Below, piece after piece: positions 18,840 to 27,062 of a stretch of DNA of 32,000 nucleotides. The stretch is from the NCBI RefSeq assembly GCF_020885515.1, contig NZ_AP024987.1, positions 150,001 to 182,000 on the forward strand. The letters run 5' to 3'. Origin of the DNA: a cyanobacterium endosymbiont of Braarudosphaera bigelowii. Lineage in GTDB: Bacteria > Cyanobacteriota > Cyanobacteriia > Cyanobacteriales > Microcystaceae. Every line of letters begins with the position of its first letter. The stretch's first letter is position 1. Under the pieces are notes generated by a model. The model did no database searches, was not told the origin of the DNA, and saw only the letters and a list, made by a program, of their open reading frames with translations. The position numbers and the translations under genes were made by a program.

Positions 18840-19222
18840 GGTTCAATGATTCCCAAGGATGAAAGTTCTAATTTTTTAGCATTGTTCCAAAAAGCTTCTA
18901 AATTATAAAATTCTCGCTCCTCAGGTAAGAAAATGTGAGTAATTACATCTCCAAAATCCTGCAAAATCCAATTACTGTTTTTTTTCCCTTCTGAGTGTCT
19001 AGGAGCTTGACTATATTCTTGATAGACTTTTTCTTCGATTGTTTGAGCTATAGCTTTTAGTTGAGTGGTTGAAAAACCCGTTACAATAACGAAATAATCG
19101 GCTAGGTAGCATATTTCTGTAACTTCTAAGATTAGAATATCACTCGCTTTCCTATCGCTAGCGGCTAGTGCTACGGTCTTTGCAAGTTTTTGGTTTAGAT
19201 AGCTTTTTGTGTCTTCAATCAC
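18836..19222 (-). CDS. rsfS: Ribosome silencing factor RsfS (iojap family)
   Basis: 128 aa. 'ASDRKASDILILEV...ADYFVIVTGFSTTQLKAIA', 'DFGDVITHIF' and 'REFYNLEAFW' are typical of RsfS. Confidence 0.9.
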   Translation of the reverse strand: MIEDTKSYLNQKLAKTVALAASDRKASDILILEVTEICYLADYFVIVTGFSTTQLKAIAQTIEEKVYQEYSQAPRHSEGKKNSNWILQDFGDVITHIFLPEEREFYNLEAFWNNAKKLELSSLGIIEP

Positions 19223-19615
19223 TGTTAAACCATTAAATAATTTTCGATAATGTTATTAGAGCTAATTACCTATCACGCATAAATTATATTGTACAGATTT
19301 TTGTAAAAAATAACTAATTCAATATAAACTAATTTTATATCGATAATACAAAGTTTTATACAATAAAATCAAATACAACTCATATCTATCCATAATGCAT
19401 ATTTCATTTTTTATTTTATGTTTAGAACCATGTCCATTATTGTTTATAATTCTTAAAATATACACTAAGCATAAAGTAACTGTGTTTTAGTAACTCTCTA
19501 AAATTCTACAATATAAAGCTATTTTTCTATATTCATGATTACTTTTCTAACTAAATGATTTATTTTCAAGAAAATCTATAAATTAGAAAAAATATTAGTT
19601 ATGAATCTTTTAGAT

Positions 19616-22600
19616 TTACATGAAATTTAAACTTAATTGAATATAGTTAGACAACTGTCCTTTTAATTTATCTTGTAATTTAAATGAACAATATTCTTCA
19701 AACCACCATTCAGAGTTACCAGACAGTTTTTGATCTTTCAGAAGCCATTTTTCAAAGACCTGCTCTCTATTATCATTAGGAGGAACTACTTGATAAACAC
19801 GGAATCTTTTTTTACCAATTTTCTGACTTCCACAGCTATTGATACCGAAACCTATTTTGTCTAGTAATTTCCTTATAATCGTAATTGGGCTTGCATTATT
19901 TGCAATACCGATTCCTATTATAGATTTAATGTCTTGTCTATTACTTATCGCTAGATGTAACATTTTTACTAAATCAGGATCAATATTAATTATTTTTCTA
20001 TTTATATTATGCAATAAAGTATGAATCCCTAAGACTTCTAATATTCCTATAGTCGCCCCTAATTGAGAACTATTAAAATCAGGTAAAAATATACTTCCTT
20101 CACCTTTCTCTATCATTTTTTGTGCGACTTTTGCATCTCTTTCTGCTAAATGAATACGACCTTTCGTTAAAAAGTAATGAATTCTTAACTTCTGATACCA
20201 TCCATGATCATCTAACATGACTAGCTCTGGTGTAATAGGTATAGAATAAAGCAATTTCAAGTCATATTTTCGTAATCTCCTTCGTTCTACAGCAGTCTTA
20301 ACCAAAGATCTTTTTAGAATTTTATATTCTTCCTGAGTTAAGTCTTCAGCTCGACTGATATTTTCAGATTCTAGTTTATAGTTGTTTTCCCTAATTTCTT
20401 CGATAGCTTCTATTAAACTATTCTTTTTTGGAGAAGCATATAATTTATTACCTTGAGATTTTCTTTTGTGAAAATTTTTATTTTCATTAGAGAATTCGAC
20501 TTTATGATTAGCTCTTTGAATAAAACTAATTATTGTTTCTCGATATGTGATCATTTTTGCATTCATACGTACTGACATCTTTCCCCAGCATAGTAAAGAC
20601 TCTCCCTGAAAACCTATATCTAAGTCATCTAAAGACTCTAAATCAGACTGTTGCAAAAATCTAATATTTAAGTTTGTTAATCGATGACCTGAAGTGAGTA
20701 ACCCTGGGATTGATACTGAACCATTGCCTACTTTGTTGAATCCGTAAGATGCTAGCCAAAGATAACGAGGAATATTTTCCCTGACTCTGCCTAATGATTG
20801 AATAACAGATGTAGGATTTTGAATCCCTTGAGCTAGACACCAAACAGAACTAAAATGTCCCTTTATGTCAATACTAATCCCTGTCTCAAGAACAGGACTA
20901 GTAATGACAATATCATATATAGTTAATATTGAGTCTAACTGATTAATACATTCATAAGCATTATGATTTGGGTCTTTTAAAGATTCAGAATCAATACGAA
21001 GAATTTTAGTATTAGGAAATTGTTGTTGTAAGTATAATTCTAAAGTTTGTGTACCCCATTTGCTAGTTAATTTTTGGGCAGATAAGCAAATATAAGGTTT
21101 ACCTCCTTGTTGAATATGTTCCACTAAATCTTTTAAAAATTTTCTGGGAGTATTTTCTACATAGTTGTATGCTTTCCACGTACTTGAAGATTTAGGTATC
21201 CAATTATTCCTGACTATGTAAGGTTCTATCGGATATCCGGATAGGGCAATTAAATATTCTATAGAAATATTACTAAGATCTGCGTCAGCAATGAACATTC
21301 TACCTTCTCCGTTCATAACTGCCTGAACTAAACTTTTCAAGCACTTTAAAATGGAGACTCGATTACTAGAACAGGTATCAGAATTTAGACCATGCCAAAG
21401 TACTTGTTCAACCTCATCAATAATAATGAGAGCATCTTGCCAATCATGTGGATTAAAATTTGCTTGTGATTTCTCATGTAAAGAGTCAATACATAGACCA
21501 TATCCTAAGTATTCTTCAGAACTATTATCCTGATATTCCTTAATATATGAAAGTCCAAAACGTTGACATAACTGTTCAACTAATTTGATACGATGTCCAA
21601 TCACGAGAATTTTCTGTTTTTTCGTAATTGCCTTCTGAACAATTTTAGATAAAAATTTAGTTTTTCCTGTACCGATACCAGATTTAATAGCAACTAGTTT
21701 TTTTGTTTCAGGTATTGATAAATTCGGGATATAAGGAGTGTTGACTTCTAGATCAGAATCAAGTGTTAAATGATTTAATTCTCTTGCTTTCCAAGTTTCA
21801 ATAGGAAGAGCTTTCTCATAGCATTCATCAAAAGCATTATTTCCAGAATTTAATAAAAAGTCATCTACTCCTTTTCCATGTTTTGAGTCCCAGGTAGGAA
21901 TTTTAACTTGACATCCTAGAGAATTCATTAGAAATCCTAATTTTCTTATCGCTTTATTTACAGCTTTAAAAGTATTAGGTTTACTATCTTGATCAAAAGC
22001 AATATAAACACTTCTTCCTGTTGCTACTAATTTGTGTAATTGGGGAATTAAATAAGATTTTCCAATACGACGACCGATCTCATTTTTTGGTGTACGATAA
22101 CCATTATTGATACCAGGAAGAGCAATTGAAACATAGCCTGCAGTTAGTAGTGCGCCAGCTTTCTTTGCACCTTCTGTTATACAAAGCGGAATGGATTTAT
22201 TATCGATTACCCATTGCCAAAATCCAAAGTCTGACTGCGATCTATCAACTATTTCTGATTTAAATTCAATATTGTATCTGTGAGCTATCCTCCGCCATAA
22301 ATGTAATGGTACTCTTAAAGCAAAAATACCTGTTGGTGTTTTTGGGGGATGTTCATATCTGATTATTTTGTTTTCATCATAGTTAAAGCGTGGTTTATCT
22401 GGTTTAAAACACCCCCAAAGATCGTTAGTTCCTGTCATAATATCGATACCAGAACACCACCAGCCTCCTTTCTCCACGTGCTCATAACGCTTTAATATGG
22501 AATTGCTAATCCTGCCATCGTTCCTTCTCGTAAGCTCATCAGAGTATAGTAGATACTCTGATGGAGAAGTTCCTTTCAAAGTTTTTACGTTTAATTCAAT

Positions 22601-22648
22601 CAATTGCCTATCAACGCAACTGTTTAACCATTCTTGTTCATGTCCCAC
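19616..22648 (-). CDS. Toprim/DUF3854 primase-like plus P-loop helicase protein, with the architecture of cyanobacterial plasmid replication initiators (CyRepA family)
   Basis: 1010 aa with a GTG start. Toprim-like Glu in 'CITEGAKKAG' (aa ~159) and DxD in 'YIAFDQDSK' (aa ~219-221). Walker A 'SGIGTGKTK' (aa ~323-331, nt ~21656-21682). Walker B 'LIIIDEVE' (aa ~407-414). A long C-terminal region follows with no motif I recognise. Confidence 0.75.
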   Translation of the reverse strand: MGHEQEWLNSCVDRQLIELNVKTLKGTSPSEYLLYSDELTRRNDGRISNSILKRYEHVEKGGWWCSGIDIMTGTNDLWGCFKPDKPRFNYDENKIIRYEHPPKTPTGIFALRVPLHLWRRIAHRYNIEFKSEIVDRSQSDFGFWQWVIDNKSIPLCITEGAKKAGALLTAGYVSIALPGINNGYRTPKNEIGRRIGKSYLIPQLHKLVATGRSVYIAFDQDSKPNTFKAVNKAIRKLGFLMNSLGCQVKIPTWDSKHGKGVDDFLLNSGNNAFDECYEKALPIETWKARELNHLTLDSDLEVNTPYIPNLSIPETKKLVAIKSGIGTGKTKFLSKIVQKAITKKQKILVIGHRIKLVEQLCQRFGLSYIKEYQDNSSEEYLGYGLCIDSLHEKSQANFNPHDWQDALIIIDEVEQVLWHGLNSDTCSSNRVSILKCLKSLVQAVMNGEGRMFIADADLSNISIEYLIALSGYPIEPYIVRNNWIPKSSSTWKAYNYVENTPRKFLKDLVEHIQQGGKPYICLSAQKLTSKWGTQTLELYLQQQFPNTKILRIDSESLKDPNHNAYECINQLDSILTIYDIVITSPVLETGISIDIKGHFSSVWCLAQGIQNPTSVIQSLGRVRENIPRYLWLASYGFNKVGNGSVSIPGLLTSGHRLTNLNIRFLQQSDLESLDDLDIGFQGESLLCWGKMSVRMNAKMITYRETIISFIQRANHKVEFSNENKNFHKRKSQGNKLYASPKKNSLIEAIEEIRENNYKLESENISRAEDLTQEEYKILKRSLVKTAVERRRLRKYDLKLLYSIPITPELVMLDDHGWYQKLRIHYFLTKGRIHLAERDAKVAQKMIEKGEGSIFLPDFNSSQLGATIGILEVLGIHTLLHNINRKIINIDPDLVKMLHLAISNRQDIKSIIGIGIANNASPITIIRKLLDKIGFGINSCGSQKIGKKRFRVYQVVPPNDNREQVFEKWLLKDQKLSGNSEWWFEEYCSFKLQDKLKGQLSNYIQLSLNFM

Positions 22649-22769
22649 GCTTTTTTCTCGACTTTTAATGCCACAAAAGCACTATCTATAGTATTAAGAT
22701 CTAAATCCTAAGGAAAAAAAACTAAATATGGAAGATACAAATAAACTACTATGTTAAAAGAATAATTTA

Positions 22770-22808
22770 AATATCTCAACGATAAGTTTAACTTATCGTT
22801 GAGATATT
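22770..22808. repeat. 17-bp perfect palindromic hairpin in the divergent spacer upstream of the Rep-like gene
   Basis: AATATCTCAACGATAAG (22770-22786), centre TTTAA, CTTATCGTTGAGATATT (22792-22808). It lies about 120 nt upstream of the GTG at 22648. Both flanking genes transcribe away from it. Confidence 0.6.
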
Positions 22809-23140
22809 ATTTCTGAATCATAAAAATTCAAGGCGAACTGGTAAATATATAAATATAGTTTTTTATCCAGATTCTCCTAAAGGTTAGGATAGGATTACTA
22901 TCCAATAACTCATGCAGAAAAATATTAGAGTTAACATATTCATAATTTGGAGTTAAGATGCATAATGTATTTTTTGAATTGTTTAACTTTTTCTTGAAAA
23001 TACATAGTCGTGCTATCTTAAAGTTATTTATCTAGTAATAAAACTTTAATAATAAAGAGCAACATTTCCTCTAGGATCAATGGCAGCATTTTCATAAAAT
23101 TTTAAAAAATCTCTAAACAATTGATTTTAGAAAAAAATCT

Positions 23141-23266
23141 ATGATTATAGTCATGAAAGGTAACTCTCCAATTAATGAAACTGAACGTGTTAGTACAGAA
23201 ATTGAAAATTGGGGATTAACTCCTAAAAAAATATTGGTAAACACAAAGCTATTATTGAGTCAATAG
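23141..23266 (+). pseudogene. Detached N-terminal ferredoxin-like/ACT-like regulatory domain fragment of DAHP synthase (frame 2, stops at 23264-23266)
   Basis: ATG at 23141 encodes 'MIIVMKGNSPINETERVSTEIENWGLTPKK', which is the typical start of cyanobacterial type I-beta DAHP synthases. After the A7 run (23225-23231) this frame gives 'ILVNTKLLLSQ*'. The homologous sequence continues in frame 1. Confidence 0.7.
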
Positions 23267-23328
23267 GAGAAATTGTTTCTCCTATTGACTCAATAAGTAA
23301 AGAAATTAACCCATGGATTGAAAGTGTT

Positions 23329-24177
23329 TTGTTAGTAGAACATCCTTTTAAGCGCGCAAGTCTAGAATATGTCGGCGGAAAATATAGTGAAGTTATTATC
23401 AGCACTCCTAATGGAATTGTGCCAATTGGTAGAAATCATCCTATAGTAGTTGTAGCTGGTCCCTGTTCGGTCGAGAGTAAAACTATGATTGTTGAGACTG
23501 CTCAGCAAGTCAAAGCGTCAGGAGCTAAGTTTTTAAGAGGTGGTGCTTACAAACCTCGTACTTCTCCATATGCCTTCCAAGGTTATGGAGAAAGTGCTCT
23601 AGAGTTATTATCTATTGCTAAGGAAGAAACTGGCCTGGGTATCATAACAGAAGTTATGGATGCTAGTGATTTGGATAAGATTAAAGAAGTCGCTGATGTT
23701 ATTCAAGTAGGAGCTAGAAATATGCAAAATTTTTCTTTACTTAAGAAAGTTGGCTCTCAAGAAAAGCCTATTCTTCTTAAACGAGGAATAGCGGCTACTA
23801 TTAATGAATGGTTAATGGCTGCTGAATATATATTGGCTGCCGGAAATCCAAATGTTATTCTCTGTGAGAGAGGAATTAGAACTTTTGACACTAAATATAC
23901 TCGTAATACTTTAGATTTATCTGTAATACCGGTTTTACGCTCTCTAACTCATTTGCCAATCATGGTTGATCCTAGTCATGGTACTGGAAGAGCAGACTAT
24001 GTTCCTTCTATGGCTGCAGCAGCAGTAGTAGCAGGTACAGATTCACTGATGATTGAAGTACATCCGAATCCTGCAAAGGCACTATCAGACGGAATTCAAT
24101 CATTAACTCCAGTAAAATTTGATAATCTTATGCATAAGATATTAATTATTTCTCAAACAGTTCATAGATTAGTATGA
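23329..24177 (+). CDS. aroF: 3-deoxy-7-phosphoheptulonate (DAHP) synthase, type I-beta catalytic barrel (ORF-track start is TTG)
   Basis: 'VVAGPCSVES', 'GAKFLRGGAYKPRTSPY.FQG', 'GARNMQNF', 'KRG' and 'DPSHGTG' are conserved blocks of the DAHPS/KDO8PS I-beta family. The same frame stays open and homologous back to 23227. Confidence 0.88.
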   Translation: MLVEHPFKRASLEYVGGKYSEVIISTPNGIVPIGRNHPIVVVAGPCSVESKTMIVETAQQVKASGAKFLRGGAYKPRTSPYAFQGYGESALELLSIAKEETGLGIITEVMDASDLDKIKEVADVIQVGARNMQNFSLLKKVGSQEKPILLKRGIAATINEWLMAAEYILAAGNPNVILCERGIRTFDTKYTRNTLDLSVIPVLRSLTHLPIMVDPSHGTGRADYVPSMAAAAVVAGTDSLMIEVHPNPAKALSDGIQSLTPVKFDNLMHKILIISQTVHRLV

Positions 24178-24254
24178 TCAAATGCTTTCTTAATAAATTT
24201 ATGTATCAGTATTTGCTACAATCTCTTCATCTTCATTATTTTATTATTAACTAA

Positions 24255-25073
24255 ATGATTTGGCCATTTAAACCTAGAACTAGTAAACAAATTGCTCGCA
24301 TTGAAATTAAAGGAGTAATAAATTCTGAAACCCGTAAGTTTTTACTGGAAGCTTTAGAAACAGTTAGAGAAAAAAAATTTCCTGCTTTATTATTGCGTAT
24401 TGATTCTCCAGGAGGAACAGTTGGTGACTCTCAAGAAATTTATGAAGCTCTCAAAAAATTACAGAAAAAGGTTAAGATTGTAGCAACTTTTGGTAATATT
24501 TCAGCTTCTGGAGGGGTATACATAAGCATGGGAGCGCCACATATAATGTCTAACCCTGGAACTATTACTGGAAGCATTGGAGTTATTTTAAGAGGTAACA
24601 ATTTTAAAGAACTATTAGATAGAGTTGGAGTCTCTTTCCAAGTTGTTAAATCTGGACCTTACAAAGATATTTTATCTTTTGACCGAAAATTAACTACTGA
24701 AGAGGAAAAAATTCTTCAAGAAATGATTGATACTAGTTATCAACAGTTTGTAACAACTATATCTAAGGAACGTAATTTAGATATAAATAAGACAAAAAGC
24801 TTTGCTGATGGTCGTATTTTTACAGGACAACAAGCGCTAGAATTAGGAATGGTAGATCGTTTAGGAACTGAGGAAGATGCTCGATGCTGGGCTGCAGAAC
24901 TTGTTGGGTTAGATCCCGAAAAAACTAAGTGCTTCACCATTGAAGAACCAAAACCATTTTTGAACCGTATATTCTTTAAGAACAAAAATCAGTCAAGATT
25001 TCTATTATTTAGTGATCGTATAGAGTTCGAACTTAAGACTAGTGGACAACTTTTATGGCTATATCATCCATAA
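24255..25073 (+). CDS. sppA: Signal peptide peptidase SppA, 36K type
   Basis: 272 aa. 'LLLRIDSPGGTV', 'ASGGVYIS' (catalytic Ser region) and 'GSIGV...KSGPYKD' are typical S49 peptidase motifs. Confidence 0.88.
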   Translation: MIWPFKPRTSKQIARIEIKGVINSETRKFLLEALETVREKKFPALLLRIDSPGGTVGDSQEIYEALKKLQKKVKIVATFGNISASGGVYISMGAPHIMSNPGTITGSIGVILRGNNFKELLDRVGVSFQVVKSGPYKDILSFDRKLTTEEEKILQEMIDTSYQQFVTTISKERNLDINKTKSFADGRIFTGQQALELGMVDRLGTEEDARCWAAELVGLDPEKTKCFTIEEPKPFLNRIFFKNKNQSRFLLFSDRIEFELKTSGQLLWLYHP

Positions 25074-26107
25074 CTGGTATTGTAATTAAAATTATAAGAT
25101 GTTTAATTCTGAAAGTTTGTAAAAGAGCCGATTCATACTATGTTTTTAAGAAAATAACAAAAATTAAAAGAAATATAAAAATAGTATACGTAAGAGGCTA
25201 AAATAAATTTACTGAATGCTATAGAAGAAAGTAAGTTAAATTCTAATAATACTACTAATATTGTTCTTATCACTATCAATAAACAATTCAATATAAATCA
25301 TTAGGTTGCTGTTATCATAACACTTACTATATATTTAAGATTAAATACATAGTAAGTGTAAGCTATAGACATAGTTAAATAATATGAGAATTATTTTCTA
25401 TATCAATAATTTAAGTTTAAAATATTTATTTTAGTTAGCAAAATATTAATTAGAAACTAATATTAATACACTTAATCATTAAATTCACTGGTTAAGTGCA
25501 TTGTTCATAATAGAATAAATAATATTCTCTATGAATAAAAAACAAAATTATCATATAATTTACTCAATTAGAGTATCCTGAATTAACTATAGTTCTCAAC
25601 ACAAATTGATTAACTAATATTTGTATTTACATGAAAATATTGTTTTTCCACTTTTAAAATAACTTTATTATCATAAGAAAAGTTATTAATATATTTCTTT
25701 ATAAAACTCTTTTAAAATATTAAAAGCATAAAATAATACTTAACTTATAATATTAAACTTTATGAATAATCTACTTATCTCTAGAATGAAATTTGAACTT
25801 AATAAAAAAGAAAAGATCTTGTTTCTTTAAAGTAATTAATAATTATTTATTTGTTACCTTCTCTAAAACTATTCATATATTAAAAAAAGTATATTCTACC
25901 TAATCTGCGAATTTAAGTATGTGATTGTAGTCAAATATTATGTCTAAAATTTTAACTAATATCTATTGAAGTTATTATAGCTTATTGATTTAATTAGTAA
26001 ATGATTTAAGAGATGGGATATCATCTTTTGCACGTAATTTTATTACTATAGCTAAAATTTAACTTCTTCTTAAAAAAGTTAACAACTAAGTTAAAATCGA
26101 TATTAGC

Positions 26108-26641
26108 TTATTGGGAATTAGAAGTAGAAGATAAAACATTCTTAACTTCTACTTCATTATTCATATCATCAGCAAAATTGCTAACCTTAAAACAATTAGG
26201 CGTGAATAGAAAAATACTTTCACCAATACGTTCTTGATATCCTTCGATAGCGTATGTTCCTCCTGCAACAAAATCTACTGCTCTTTGTCCTTCTTCTGAC
26301 TCCATTGAGTTCAAATTAAGAACAACAGATTTCTGCTCTCGTAAAACTTGTATAACTTTAGGCATTTCGTCAAATGATTTAGGTTCAACTACAACCACTT
26401 CGGCAATATTATTGATTCTAGGCATTGAAACAACATTGTCTTGATGATTTTGAAAATTTTTTTTAGCGTTAACACGAGATTCCTTTGATTTTAACCAAGG
26501 ATGTAGTTCATTTTCGCTGGAAATATCTTTTTTATCTGATTCTTTTAACTCAAGATTAGAGTTTTCATTAACTTCCATATAGTCGGAATCATCATCAAAA
26601 CATTCTGCCATAGACCAACGTTTTAATCTTTCTAAAATCAT
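26108..26641 (-). CDS. sepF: Cell division protein SepF
   Basis: The C-terminal domain '[67 protein letters not shown]' is the SepF/YlmF core. I prefer the internal ATG at 26641 ('MILERLKRW...') over the ORF-track start at 26692. Confidence 0.85.
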   Translation of the reverse strand: MILERLKRWSMAECFDDDSDYMEVNENSNLELKESDKKDISSENELHPWLKSKESRVNAKKNFQNHQDNVVSMPRINNIAEVVVVEPKSFDEMPKVIQVLREQKSVVLNLNSMESEEGQRAVDFVAGGTYAIEGYQERIGESIFLFTPNCFKVSNFADDMNNEVEVKNVLSSTSNSQ

Positions 26642-27062
26642 TGTATATCTCACTAGTTTGCAAGTATTTACGGAAAAGTGATTAAACACCAAAACGCTAT
26701 TTAGTATCTTCTAAATCCAAAGAAAAATTCTCTCAACTGCTAGAACTTTTATACGATATTCTAAAATTTCTTTTTGATCTAGAATAAAAAACTATAGATT
26801 ATGGTATCTAAAAGATCTTTTATGATTGTCGTCATGACACTCTAATATGTTCCCGTTGTATCACAAGAATCATGCTTGATTTTTTATAAGGATTAATTTA
26901 TTTCTTTCTACAATTTATTAATTTTTTACCTATCACTTATGCAGATAAGAAATATAGGATAGCAATATGAAAATCTTTTCTATTTTGTCATCTAATGAAA
27001 ATTAGAATTAGACTTGTACTAAAAATAAGAGCTTAAATGTGGTGAACTATTGAAATTTTTAT

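Noticed and set aside
19839-22691. Four 60-64-aa ORFs within or overlapping the Rep-like gene (19839-20024 plus, 20661-20843 minus in another frame, 21351-21533 plus, 22497-22691 plus).
   Set aside because: They are embedded in a 3-kb ORF with clear Toprim and Walker motifs, and I recognised no motifs in them. An antisense regulatory RNA cannot be excluded, but the sequence alone gives no evidence for one.
19223-23140. The Rep-like gene as part of a recently integrated plasmid, prophage or genomic island.
   Set aside because: There are no integrase, transposase, partition or toxin genes, no adjacent tRNA target (the nearest tRNA is about 2.1 kb away across intact genes), and no flanking direct repeats. 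The composition is indistinguishable by eye from that of its neighbours. An ancient integration remains possible.
25644-25652. DnaA-box-like 9-mers: TTTTCCACT in the 1-kb spacer and TTATCCAGA at 22863-22871 upstream of the Rep-like gene.
   Set aside because: Each is a single copy with one mismatch to TTTTCCACA/TTATCCACA. I found no cluster of boxes in any spacer, so the window gives no support for a DnaA-type oriC.
25981-26107. A roughly 40-codon stop-free stretch on the minus strand just downstream of sepF, considered as a remnant of a lost gene (for example proC, which often follows sepF).
   Set aside because: Its translation (ANIDFNLVVNFFKKKLNFSYSNIKLRAKDDIPSLKSFTN) shows no Rossmann GxGxxG or other ProC motif. 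It could not be supported without a similarity search.
26642-26692. 17-codon N-terminal extension of sepF in the ORF track ([17 protein letters not shown]).
   Set aside because: The extension does not resemble SepF N-termini, and the internal ATG at 26641 gives a typical amphipathic start. The upstream part is probably 5' UTR.
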